From: Octopus vulgaris
Lineage: Eukaryota
Direction of reading: 5' to 3'
DNA: 64,000 nucleotides
Assembly: GCA_951406725.2 (NCBI GenBank)
Contig: OX597833.1
Location: 23,560,001 to 23,624,000, forward strand
Under the pieces are notes generated by a model. That model was not told the DNA's origin. It ran no database searches and saw only the letters and a list, made by a program, of their open reading frames with translations. This document shows, in pieces, positions 41,035 through 53,975 of this stretch (within the stretch, counting starts at the first letter, position 1; each line of letters begins with the position of its first letter). Made by a program: the position numbers and the translations under genes.

Positions 41035-41410
41035 TTTCTTTTACTTGTTTCAGTCATAAGACAGCGGCGATGCTGGGGCACCGCCTTGATGAATTTTTAG
41101 TTGAACAAATCGACCCCAGTACTTATTTTTTAAAGCCTGGTACTTATTCTATCGGTCTCTATTGCCGAACCGCTAAGTTACGGGGACGTAACAAGCTATC
41201 GCCGGTTATCAAGCGGTGGTGGGGGACAAACAAAGACACACACACATACATATATATATACGATGGGCTTCTTTCAGTTTCCATCTACCAAATCCACTCA
41301 CAAGGCTTTGGGCAGGCCAAGGCTATAGTAGAAGACACTTGCCCAAGGTGCCACGCAGTGGGACTGAACCCGGAACCATGTGGTTGGGAAGCAAACTTCT
41401 TACCACACGG
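41035..41410 (-). mobile_element. tRNA/CORE-like SINE with CR1-type tail
   Basis: Same head as the SINE at 29598. The 3' end gcggtgccccagcatcgccgc...gactgaaacaagtaaaag resembles the LINE end at 35008-35055. Confidence 0.85.
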
Positions 41411-41450
41411 TTAGTAAGGAGAGACACAAATAAGAAAGAAGAAAACAAAG

Positions 41451-41494
41451 GACCACTGATGCGGTCACAGGAGTGTGACGAAAGAACTCTGGCC
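41451..41494 (+). ncRNA. Degenerate type I hammerhead motif
   Basis: gacca-CTGATGc-g-gtcaca(ggag)tgtgac-GAAA-gaac-TC-tggcc. Stem II is a perfect 6 bp; core A9 is altered. Confidence 0.5.
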
Positions 41495-41608
41495 GAAATA
41501 AGATTAAGATTAATGTAAAAAATAAATAACACTGAAGCAAAATAACACCAAATATATAGTGCGTGTGTTTTTATTGGCTAAACTGGCAAAATGACCATTC
41601 CGAAATAT

Positions 41609-41646
<38 letters not shown>

Positions 41647-42480
41647 ACTCTTTAAAGCAGTTTATTCCAGCCTCCCTAAAACATTCTCAGTTAAAAGCCA
41701 TTTAACCCCCTCCCCTCACCTTCTCCACATCTCCCACCACCCTCTCCATCAATTTGGTTTACCATTCTGTCTTCATGGAGACCAGTCTCTGGAAACTTCC
41801 AGCACCACATCTGTTAATATAGGCTTTTAATTCATCACATTATCAAAGATTTATGTTTGTGGAGGTGGTGGTGGCAGAGGTAGGGGGAGGAGCGATGGTG
41901 GTGGTGACATTGATATGATGAACATCATCATCAACACCATCATTGCAATATGCTTTGAAGGACATTTAACTGCTGTTTATAGCTTGTTGAACAACCCCAC
42001 AGACTTGACTTTTCATTTTTGTTGCTGTTGTTTAACTCTAGGTCTACTGTATATCGAGCAGTCTCATAATGGAAGCCAACTATGACCACCACCACTGTTC
42101 TGTCTTCTAATGTATCTAGGACTACATTATCAATGTAGGATTCCTCTTTGAGGGAGATGTGGCTGCTATTTTTAGCAAGTAGCTGAGAAACATCTGAGAC
42201 CAATATACTGATCCACCCACAAAGTATTGTTGCTGATCTTGTGGGAGTGTTTGCTATGGGGGCCTGTTAGTGGGAGATATATTTCTCATCTATTTTACTC
42301 TACAACCAACAACACTAGTCATATTTTTATGATGTTATTTAGGATTATCTTTAGATTAACTTACAATCGAAGTGCTGGGTCTTTCCTCTCTTTTGTTTGG
42401 GTATTATTCTTTTAACTGCAAAGACAGCAGGAAAACTAAAAAAATTATTGTACCACACACACATCTAGATTTATACATAC

Positions 42481-43830
42481 ATCATCATCATCATCATCAT
42501 CCTTTAACGTCCGTTTCCATGCTGACATCGGTTCGACGGTTTGACTGGATCTGGCAAGCTGGGGGGCTGTGCCAGGTTTCAGTCTGTTTTGGCTTGGTTT
42601 CTACGGCTGGATGCCCTTCCTAATGTCAACCACTTTACAGTGTGTGCTGGGTGCTTTTAACGTGCCACCTGCACCGGACTCTCGGCATTGGTGCTTTTAT
42701 GTGTCACCGTCATGAGTGCTTTTTATGTGCCACCGGCACGTCGATCAGACAGACAGATAGGTATGCCAGGGACAGACAGACATATAGACTGGAGACAGAC
42801 GGACATATAGACCGGGGACCAGCAGACCTATAGACCGGGACAGACAGATATATAGACTGGAGACAGACAGACATATAGACCACGGATAGGTATGCCAGAG
42901 GACAGACGGACATTATACTGAAGTGGCATGTGCGCATACCGCAGAGGGTGGAGGGACAGAGATATACATACATAGCCAGGAAGCCTGTGCACGCGCATCT
43001 CGTAGCGGTGACGATGAGGGGTGGGGAAAGGGATTGATGGAAACAAAGATGTTTTCACATATCAGGCACAATGGTACTAGGCACAATAAGACAGTGGAAT
43101 ACTAAATAAGAATAGGTAGATAAGTGAAATTTTCTTAGCTTTCAGCTCGATTGATGTAGTTGGACCATGGAGTTTTGCTGCAAAAGTTGAGTGGATGGGT
43201 TAAACGATACAAATAGAATATTCTAGCATCAGCCGCTATGGTGTGCCGGTTTGCTGTCTGTCTGGCTGTCTGCCTTACTAACCCGTCCCCCATTTTATAA
43301 CCAATTCAACTCTTACAGTGGCAAATCGCCATTTTCAGCTGTCTACTATACTTGATTATTGATTGTCGGGGTCTGAGAGGAATTGACAGGAACAAGGGGG
43401 AACAAGGGATTGGCAAAACCAGGATGTTTTCACCAGCTGTCTACTATACTTGATTATTGATTGTCGGGGTCTGAGAGGAATTGACATGAACAAGGGAGAC
43501 CAAGGGATTGGCAAAAAAAAAAAAAAAAGATATTTTCACACATCAGGCACGATAATACAGCGGGATACTAAATAAGAATAGGTAAATGAGTGGCTCTTAG
43601 CAACAAGATCCTTCACACGGCCGCTTCTTAACACAAGACTCTCGAAGCGGCCGCTTCTTTAGCAGCAGGATTCTCAACACGGCCGCTTCTTAGCAACAAA
43701 CTCTCAACGTGGCCGCTTCTTAGCAACAAACTCTCAATGCAGCCACTCTTAGCTACAGGATTCTCGACTCGACCACTTCTTAACACAAGACTCTCGAAGC
43801 AGCCGCTTCTTTAGCAGCAGGATTATCGAC
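42481..43830 (-). mobile_element. Composite element: RTE-type tail plus unique body with internal duplications and a ~30-bp tandem repeat (43590-43830)
   Basis: Tail at 42481-42740; a duplicated ~100-bp block starting at 43336 and 43434; ggccgcttcttagcaacaa(g)actctc repeats. Confidence 0.5.
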
Positions 43831-45222
43831 ACACATACATATACAGTCACCCAATAGACACACTTATACACTCATCTATAGCTTCATACAATTACACACA
43901 CACACACACATGCATATACCTATGACTTTATACCCTTCAACACATTTATTACTTTATATACTCACACACACGCACACACACAGCCTACCTTGCCTCTCCC
44001 CTTCATTTCATTATCTTGATGTTATTCACTCTACTCGTAGAGGTGTGTGTGCCTATATGTATGTATATCTACTGTTACATATGTGTGCATACAGATATGT
44101 ATGTGAGATGTGGATATATATAAGTACAGATGTCTGTATGCATAGATATATGTATATATGTGTATACATATATATGTGTGTGTGTGTAATAGACATACTG
44201 TATATGGATGCGTGATATAGATGTATACAGGCATGGTTGTGTATGTAGACATCATGTATATGCACATGGTGTGTATATACTCATTGTGTATATAAAAATA
44301 AGTGGACATTTGCTTCCCATTCAGGAGGTTCAGGAGGTGCTGGGTTCCAGCCCCCTGTGGGGTGTCTGTGGAGCCCAGGGTCTTTTACAACAGCCTTAGT
44401 TAGACCCATACCTGGGCAATGATTGAAACTGTAAGGAAGCCCATCAGATGGATCATAGCCATAATTCAAAGATCCAGCCCTGTCACGCTGAATCTAACGG
44501 AGAATTACATTACGGGTAGGTACATGTATATATATATGTATATATATACATGTATATATATATAGATGGGTGTCTGTTGGTTTCGATGACAAGTAGTCAG
44601 TTGTTCATTTAATTGAATGAGCAAACTCATTGAAGAGATATGTAACTGGCTGAGTGTACCTCAGACATGTAACTCCTTTCGACACAGAATCGCCGAGGCG
44701 ATAAGTCGGCTTTTTCTCTCGTCTCGCTCGCAACATTGTTCGTTGCCTGAGCACTCTGTTTTTTTCATTTCAAATTCTTCAGGACATTCCTCTCTTGCGT
44801 TTACCAACTATTCATCTCATCTTTAAAGCCGCACAACCGTTATTTTGTATATTCATTTCAGTTTGTTTGTATGTCCATATTCTGTTGGTTTGTTTTTGTC
44901 TGTCCCTCGTACGTTCGTCATCCACCTCATCTTCGGACGGTAGGCCTTAATTTTGGTTTTATAATGTTTTATTTTTATTTTTGTTTGTATAATGTACATT
45001 TATTTAATTTTGTTTGTTTGTTTTTCGTCTGTCCCTTGTTTGTTTGCCATTGCCCAGCGGTTGTTTTTTTACGCTGCTGACACCACCAAAATTGAACAAT
45101 ATTAACGTGAAGGGTGTGAAATTGTTATGATTTTTTAGACATTAACTGATGAGGACTTGGCAACGTTCTTTGTGTTTGTTTTTCATTCGTTCCGTTTGTT
45201 TTGCTCTTATATCATTTACGAA

Positions 45223-45274
<52 letters not shown>

Positions 45275-45379
45275 TATATATATATATATTATATATACAT
45301 TATATATATATATATATTATATATACATTATATATATATATATAATATGTATTATATATATACATTATATATTATATAT

Positions 45380-45680
45380 ATCATCATCATCATCATCGTT
45401 TAACGTCCGTTCTCCATGCTAGCATGGGTTGGACGGTTCGACCGGGGATCTGGGAAGCCAGAAGACTGCACCAGGCTCCAGTCTTATCTGGCAATGTTTC
45501 TACAGCTGGATGCCCTTCCTAACGCCAACTACTCCGTGAGTGTTGTGGGTGCTTTTTATGTGCCACCTGCACAGGTGCCAGGCGAGGCTGGCAACGGCCA
45601 CGGTCGGATTGGTGTATTTTATGTGCCACCGGCACGGAAGCCAGTCGAGGCGGCGCTGGCATCGGCCACGAGTCGGATAG
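45380..45680 (-). mobile_element. RTE-type 3' end next to (TA)n
   Basis: Same tail family as 25255. Confidence 0.85.
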
Positions 45681-46236
45681 TGCATATATATATATATATA
45701 CATACATATACATTCATACATACATATATATATATACATATGTATGTGTGTGTATATATGTACATATATGTGTATATACACATATTTGTTCATTTGTTTG
45801 TCTTTACACCCATTTCTCCATGCTAGCATGGGTTAGTTGGAGACTTCTGTAAGGTGGTATTTCACAGCCAGATGCCCTTCCTGTAGCCAATCCTGAACTG
45901 TTTTACAAAGGATTTTCATTAATTCATTGGCCTTTGAAAGTACAGAGCTACAGGACATTGTTTGTCGGGAATGTAAACATGACATCACAATTTTTGTCAG
46001 GTGTGTCTTGCAAAGAGGCACTATGCAAACATGAACGCATGCATATGTGCGCACACACACACACACACACATGTTCATGCACAGTGGGCTTCCCTGGAGC
46101 TTCCATCTACCAATTATGATTTCAAGGTATTGGTCAGTCCAAGGTTATAGAATAAGAAACTTGCCCAAGGTCACATTGTTGGGTGGAAACCAATTTTATG
46201 TGGTTAGAAAGTAAACTCAATGTGTGTGAGAGTGTG

Positions 46237-46275
<39 letters not shown>

Positions 46276-47534
46276 TTGTGCATTTACTCTAGTGTATATA
46301 TATATATGTTAGAAATAATATAGACATATATGTGCACCAGAAAGCATCTATGTACATATATGTTCGCATGCATGTGCCTATGTGTAAATATATGTGTGTG
46401 TATATATATGTGTGTGTATATATATGTGTGCATATATGTATGTGTGTTGTTGTATGTATACAAAAGATCGGGATTAAAAGTTAGAAAAGGCAAATTTATG
46501 GATTCAAATACCAGGTGACAATTGTAAGGGGAGGGCCATGGGGATCCCTTAATATACTTGGCCCCACTGTTTGAACTAGAATTACCTCTCTGGTCATACA
46601 TATACATACATCTATGTGCGTGTGTGTGTGTGTGTGTGCATGTGTGTGTGTGTGTGCGTGCGTGTGCATGTGTGTGTGCGCATGTGTGTGTGTATGCATG
46701 TATGTATATATGTGTGTGTGTGTGTGTATACACACACGCATGCATATGTGTGAGTTTATGTTTGAGATGGAGAGTGTACTTCTGCTGTTGGCTGGCTGTG
46801 ACAAATTTATTTGTCATCCAGACATAGGAAGTTCTCCTGCGACAATAATAATAATAAAAATGGTGGAGGGAAAATCTCTGGATGAGATATTTGATCTGTG
46901 TACATTTAGGACTGGGTGTGTATGTGTATGTGTTGTGTGTGCTCTGTATGTATATATGTATGATTTGTATGTGTACATATGTATATATGTATAGTGGAAT
47001 GTAAGTTTATGTATCTGTGTTATTTAATGTGTGTGGTCTGTGTGTGTGTGTGTGTATTATGTATTATATGAGAGTGTGTAAATTGAGACTCTACATTGGC
47101 TGAAGATAACACACACACACACATCTACACAAAGACTCATGCACATGTGTGTGTATAATATATACATCTATATATATATATATATATACATCTATATATA
47201 TATATATATGTACACATATATATATATGTGTGTGTGTGTGTGTGTATATATGTATGTGTTTACTTCAGCTAACATGGTGCACATGTGTGTTTGTGAGTGT
47301 GTGTAAAGTGTATGAACGTGTGTGTGTTTGTGTAATATTATATTACAATTGAATACACACTTACAACTGTCAGGTGGGTGGAGGGGTATTAGATGAAAAA
47401 TTGCTGTTGTTTTTGATGATGTTGTTGTTGCTGATGTGTAGTTCCAGTGAACAATGAAGTTTGAAAACTTGAGATTGAATTCACAAACTTCAAGCACCCC
47501 CCTTCATCTCTTTTGCTCTGTCTCCCCTTCCCCC

Positions 47535-47788
47535 TGTGCTGGTGGCACGTAAAAAGCACCAACCGCTCGTGGCCGTTGCTAGCCTCCCTGGCACCTGTGC
47601 CGGCGGCATGAAAAAAGCACCCACTACGCTCACAGAGTGGTTGGCGTTAGGAAGGGCATCCACCTGTAGAAACACTGCCAGATCAGACTGGAGCCTGGTG
47701 CAGCCTCCTGGCTTCCCAGACCCCGGTCAAACTGTCCAACCCGTGCTAGCATGGAAAATGGACATTAAACGATGATGATGATGATGAT
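47535..47788 (+). mobile_element. RTE-type 3' end
   Basis: Same tail family, ending in (GAT)n. Confidence 0.85.
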
Positions 47789-48545
47789 TCTCCCTCTTTG
47801 TTTCTCTCTCCTTTCTCTCTCACTTCCCCTCTCTTACTCTTCCTTTCTCTTGGACTCTCCCTCGCTTTCTCTTACTCTCTATATTTATCTATCTCTCTCC
47901 CATTTATAAACAACAAAAGATCTTGAGTAAGTTGAGAAATAAAATATTTAGAAAGATCAATCATAAATATCAGGCAGTGGCAACGGAAAGGTCTGCTTCA
48001 AGGCAGACAGCAAAACACTAACATTTAAAAGGGACAGACGAACTTGCGAGCTGAATAAAAATAATAAAATATTGGAAAGCAAAGTTTGAAGGGATAGAAT
48101 CTGAGGGTAGTAGAGTCAGCATGGCTGGCTTTTCTTAACGACGGACAGCAACGTTTTGACAGTTTAATGGCTGGCATAAAATTTTGAACTTGATGTAAAA
48201 GAAAATTCGTAAACACCAAGTTTTGAAGTGATTCTTTTTCACAACAGTAGACTCACCATGGCAAGCATTCAAAACCTCTTCATCATGGACGGCAACACAT
48301 TGAAGATTAAAAGGCTGGCGCAAATTTTTTAGCTTGATGTAACAGAGAATTCCTAAACACCCGCTTTAAATTTTACTCCCCTTCCAGCCCCATTTATACC
48401 CCTTTTTACCTTTTGGTTAATATAACGCGATTTCATTCGGGTGTACTGGGGCCACATTTTATAAGATGAGGAATTTTGTCCTAGAGGTCACGCCTTTCAT
48501 TTGAGGAAAAAAATAGTTGTCATGCAAACTTGCCAGCACTTTTAA

Positions 48546-49609
48546 CCCTTTCGTTACCAAACCGCCCGAAAGAAATTTTGGTTAATGTGACCGCCCGTAT
48601 TTACCTATTCATATTTAAATGAGAATATCAGAGCAAATCTCTTTATTACATTCGTGAAAACACGTGATTATACTTCGTAAACAGTTCATCTACAGTTTTG
48701 TACAACGATTGAAGTGTAATTTTAATTCCGTGAATTTTGGGAGATTTTTTTCCAAAATTTGTTCCTATTGTGTTTTCAAACTTTGTAATTCTGACAAAAA
48801 ATGGATACAAATTTCATCATATCAAGCAGCGAGTCAGAATTCGAAGGATTTTCTCCTGAAGACCTTGATAAATCTAACTCTATGACTGAAAAAAAAAAAA
48901 GCACGTGGTATTTGATAATGAATATGATGTTTCATTTTCCGAAAGTGAAAACAGTGAATCCGAGAGCTCCAACAGCGATAAAGAAAATGAATTGGCACCT
49001 GAATGGAGGGAAAATTGAAAAACTGTTTCTTTCGGTGATTTTTCTGAAGAAACTGGACCAAGCCACAGACTTTTCCAGGAGAGTAAAGCCTTAGACTATT
49101 TCTTTTTACTTTTTCGAATGAGCCTATTTGAAATCATTATGGCGGAAACGAACCATTACGCTAAATATAAACAAAGCGAAAGAAAGGATAGTTAGTTGTT
49201 TCCCACAACCTTAAATTAAATTAAGACTATTTTGCCATAAATATTATTATGGGTATCAGAAAGTTACCCAGAATAACAAATTCTATTGTAAAATTTTGTT
49301 GTATACCCAATTGAATATTAGCTATTAACCTATTTTCTATAGCGATGTTTGAACAAAATTTTAATAATTTTATATTTTGTTGAATTTACCTGTATCTACC
49401 TGCAATTAGAGTCACTTTGTGACAAAAATTATAGTATAGAATTGGTTGAGAACATTTCATTAAATTATCTTCCAAAATTCATGTTAATATATTGATAAAT
49501 AAAAAAGTTATAGTTGTTTAAAGAAACCAGACTAACTTTATGATTACGTTAGAAATTAATTGAAACACATAAGGGGTGTATTTTGGTCAGAAATATAGTA
49601 ACGAAAGGG
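48546..49609 (+). mobile_element. Internally deleted piggyBac element
   Basis: TTAA|CCCTTTCGTTAC...GTAACGAAAGGG|TTCA. Remnants include acidic SSSESEFEGFS, LFEIIMAETNHYA and NIIMGIRKLPRI. Confidence 0.88.
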
Positions 49610-49662
49610 TTCATAGGTGTGCATATTTTCAGCTCAACCGACCAACCACATAATGCACACAT

Positions 49663-49696
<34 letters not shown>

Positions 49697-50115
49697 CACG
49701 CATTATATATACAAATTATATATATATATGTATAAATTAAATTAGAGATAAAACCACTAATAGGCAAAAAAAAACAAAAAAAAACATAAAAATAAAAATA
49801 TAATATAGAAAATATATAAAATTGAAAAATTTAAATTATTTAAATTTAAAATAAAAATTATTAAATTATATTTGTAATTTGTTTAAAAATATATATAACT
49901 ATCAAAAAGTATTAAAAAGTTTAATATACATAAATACAGATATATACACTTTGTATATATACATTATATATACATATTTATATATCGAACACACACACAC
50001 ACATATATAAATGAACACAATGAATATCTGATTCATAATATTTGTTCTCATGATTGTGTGTTGTTGGTAGCGATGATAATTCTCCCTATGAATGCAGACA
50101 GATACATCAAAGAAC

Positions 50116-50160
50116 GCCGCCTGATGAACTTATAAAGGGAAAGTGAAAGGGAGTTGAGGG
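50116..50160 (+). ncRNA. Degenerate hammerhead-like motif
   Basis: CTGATGA-actt(ataaaggga)aagt-GAAA; stems I and III are imperfect. Confidence 0.35.
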
Positions 50161-50562
50161 GAATACATTAAATAACGGGAGTGGACTACTCAAAGTTATT
50201 AATGAAGGGGAGTAAGAGAGGGAAAGGAGGAAATAGGAGGATCTGATATAATCGAGGTATTTAAATAACAGAGGCACTAAGGTAGAGTACCTGTGCACTA
50301 AAAGTGTGTATGGACACTCACATACGGACACTCGCATACTTACCAAAATAAATACGGATTTGTCCTTCCAGTTACGCAAACATTCACAAGTATTGACCAA
50401 ATACATAAAGTCACACAGGAGTATACTCTGGTACATATTCCACGGTCGACTGTAGGCTCAAGATCCAACACTCTCTCTCTCAGCTGGAACCATGATGAGA
50501 GGGTCAATACACATTATATACTATTTGTGTGAAAAATCCTAAATGTTAAATTTTACTCTTAA

Positions 50563-50645
50563 TTCACCTGAAGAAAACGTTTTTTTTACATGATGTAATT
50601 GTTTTGTTCATCAATAAAGATCACGTCTGAAACAGCTGTAGTGAA
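50563..50645 (+). ncRNA. Type I hammerhead ribozyme motif with intact core (Penelope-like fragment ~50480-50660)
   Basis: ttcac-CTGAAGA-aaacgt...acgtct-GAAAC-agct-GTA-gtgaa. Stem I is a perfect 5 bp and stem III is palindromic. A degraded paralog is at 60117-60194 (-). Confidence 0.75.
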
Positions 50646-51467
50646 CCTTAACCCACCTGTGTTATTGTATATATATATATATCATCATCATCATCACTTT
50701 TCCATGCTTTCATTGGTCGGAAGGGATTTTTCAGGCAGATTTTCTATGGCTGGATGCTCTTCCTGTCACCAACTTTTACCTGCAAGGTAATATTTCCCCA
50801 TGACCAGGCATATTTTTGCAGAAGATTGGAAACAAGGGACACCACTTGTATGACAGTGACACTCACAGCTATCACATGATGTCAAGGCAAGAAGACAGTA
50901 ACACACACACACACACACACACATACATACGTACGTACCAATCTTGAGAAGTTATCTTCTCAAAACCAGAAAGTAGAAAACTGATTCGAAGACTACAGAC
51001 CCAAGCCATCACTGGAACTGTAAAAATCTGTAAAACTATCCAGAAGTTTATGATTTAAGCATATATGCGCATGTCTAGACATGCAACTATATGCATGAGA
51101 ATACATACATAAAACAAGACATACAAATCTGCACATGCACTGACTCCAAATACTGCACATATACACACATACATGCAAAAATACCCTGTTGATGTAGTTG
51201 AAATTCCAATGAAGAAGCCTTGGATCTAGGTTAGAAACCGGCTCTTTCTCTATTGGCAAGAAATCTTGGAATAAAACTGAATAATGACATACATATATTT
51301 AGATCCAACAGGCTTCTTTCAGTTTCCATCTACCAAATCCAGTCCTGAGACTTTGGTTGGTCCTGGGCTAGGGTAGAAGACATTTACCAAAGTGGCCACA
51401 CAGCCCCACTATGATGATGATGATGATACACAGTAACCCTGACAATTTTTTCTCTCTCTCTTTGCAG

Positions 51468-51734
51468 GTCCTCCCTTTATTAACCAGACGGCAGTCTTCT
51501 TTGCCTACATCGGTAAGAACTTCAGGTTTCGCTGCCCCATCACTTCCACACCACCACCCTACATGCAGTGGAGTAAAGATGGACACACCATCAACATTGC
51601 ATGGGAGAGGTTTTGTATCCAGGAGATGGGACTCCGCATCAAAGATGTTGAAATTGAAGACAGTGGATTGTACACATGTAAAGCAACCAACAGCTTTGGC
51701 AGTGTCCAGTTCAACTTCACCCTCACAGTTATAC
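51468..51734 (+). CDS. FGFRL1: FGFRL1 Ig domain D1 exon
   Basis: tttgcAG|...|GTAAGT, 267 nt, phase 1-1. GPPFINQTAVFFAYIGKNFRFRCPITSTPPPYMQWSKDGHTINIAWERF...EDSGLYTCKATNSFGSVQFNFTLTVI aligns by eye with FGFRL1 D1 (GPP...CP...PPP..W.KDG.TI...W.RF...CKATNGFGS). Confidence 0.93.
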
Positions 51735-51989
51735 GTAAGTACTTTCACTGCTACACACACGTGCATATAGATAGATACATATGTATGTGTGTATGCGTGT
51801 GTGTGTGTGTATAAAGTGTTTGAGATGATATGTGTAGTGTGTTTAATGTGATGTTTTATAGGTTTAATGCAGAGACACAGCTCCCATGGCCTTCACACAT
51901 CCAAAGGGACATGTGACATTGATGTAGTTAATATTCCTCTAGAATTGGTTCCTGAGTATGAATTTAAACTGCATCCAGGAGTTCCCAGT

Positions 51990-53975
51990 TTTGAGGGGTG
52001 GGGGACCACCCCTTAGCCACTGTTGTCCCAGGTCTACTCTCACCCGGAGTAGTAGCACCTGTCAGGATCCCAGCTAGGGGTTAATTAGCATGTAGTAGCA
52101 GGGTACAGGTTTCTTCTGTTCTGTACAGCAACCTGCCTTGGAGAAACCTGCAACCCAAGGACCTCGATGAACTCCAGGTGTGAAGGGTGGGGACTATACT
52201 GCATACACAGTACTCCACCTCAAAACTCCATTTGCATAGGCCTGAGAATGAGTCCATGTCCACAACCTCCCCCTCCCCTTCTTAAGTCTTGTAGCGATGG
52301 GAATATGGCAAAAATGGTAGGTGGAAGATGTCAATGGAAACTGCAGCTCCAATCTTGCATGCAGACAATCCAGGGCTTTGGTTGCCTGATGTTGACCTGG
52401 AGATGACAACATCCCTTGGCAGCATGCTGGATGACCAAGCAGCCCTTTTTAAGGACAGCCCTGCTTGCTCCATACAGAAAAGATGGCCTAATCAAAGCTC
52501 ATCTCCATCAACCCAGTTGACAAAGCATGGTCAGCAGGCATCTTCTAACGTGATCAAATAACAACAATGAGAAGAATATTCACACCTGCCTTATCAGGTA
52601 TACATGGTTTCAAACTGGTATGATAGAACATCAGAACCATGATAGACATGACTGACAGCAGCAAACGACAAGGTCATCATCTTTGGTGATGACCACCATC
52701 TTATCCACTGCAAACTCAGCCTCTATTTCAAATCCAAGACAAAGAGGGGTGGAGGTCAAATGAGGAGGTTCCAGGTCAGCATCCTGCAGTCAGCTGAAGT
52801 GAAAGCTAACTTCCAGGCAAACCTCCAGTTAAAGCTTCAAGATCCCAGTTACCCCTCAGACCCCTCCTCTGAAGTGCTTTGGGAGCACCTGAAAACAGCC
52901 ATTCTGCAAACCTCTGAAGAAGTACTGAGCTTCTCCACAAAAAAAAAACAAAGACTAGTTTGATGAAAATAACCTAGAGATCCAAATACTACTGGCGAAG
53001 AAGAGATCTGGCCACCAGGCTCACCTTGCGACCCCATATTGCCCTGGGAAGAAAGCAGCCTTCTGCCTTGTCTGCAGCAATCTCCAGCACAAACTTAAAG
53101 AGATCAAAAATGAGTATTGGATAAACCTTGCGAAAAGAATTCAGCTTAGCACAGACAGTGGTGACTACAAGGAATTTTATGAAACCCTAAAAGTTATGTG
53201 TGGTCCCTCACACCATGTCCAAAGTCCATTGCAAAAGTGTAGATTGAAAGAAAAATGCTTTTCACAAACACGGCAACTATCTTGAGTGGGTGGTTAGAGT
53301 TCTTTCAAACTCTCTTCAGTGCCAACCACTCAACCCAAGACACAGCAGTGCTTCATATCCCACAGCAGCTTTTGAAGTCAGAGCTAGACGAAATTCCTTC
53401 CCTCACAGAGGCAACAAAAGCCGTAGAGCAACTGAAAAGTGGAAAGACAACAGGAGTGGACGGAATCCCACCTGAAACATGGAAGGTCTGGTGGCCCAGC
53501 ACTGCACTCTAAACTCCACAAGCTTCATCTGCTGTTAGGGCAGGACACATCACCAGAATGGAGGATCATCTTCCCAAGATCACACTGTTTGGTAAACTCT
53601 CCTCTGGTCACCATGAGAGAGGAGCATCAAAGAAGAGGTACAAGGACTCCCTGAAGAAACCCCTTGGCACCGGCCACTTTGATCATCACCTTTGGTCTGT
53701 TCTTGCCACTGACTGAGAAGACTGGCATCTCTGGGCAATGGCCTCCTTTGAAAACACCCACAGAGCCATCCTTACAGACAAGAGAAAAAGGAGAGAAAAC
53801 AAGGACACTACAACCAACCCTGACCAGCCCATCATCCCATGCAGCCTCTGTGGTTGTACCTGTTTGTCCTGAATCAGACTCGTTGGACATCAGCAAGCTT
53901 GTAACAGACGTGGACATCCTCCATCCTCACCCCTGTAAATCTTCACTCACAAAGTAAAGTCAAGAAGAAGAAGAA
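51990..53975 (+). mobile_element. Internally deleted, old RTE/BovB-like LINE
   Basis: Remnants WLEFFQTLFSAN...LDEIPSLTE...LKSGKTTGVDGIPPETWK, AGHITRME, KKRYKDSLKK, a C-terminal Cys/His remnant and an (AAG)n tail. Confidence 0.75.

Noticed and set aside
51190-51260. Hammerhead-like AUGAAGA...GAAACCGG (also 54485-54525 and 29440-29500)
   Set aside because: The core and stems deviate too far to call from single copies.
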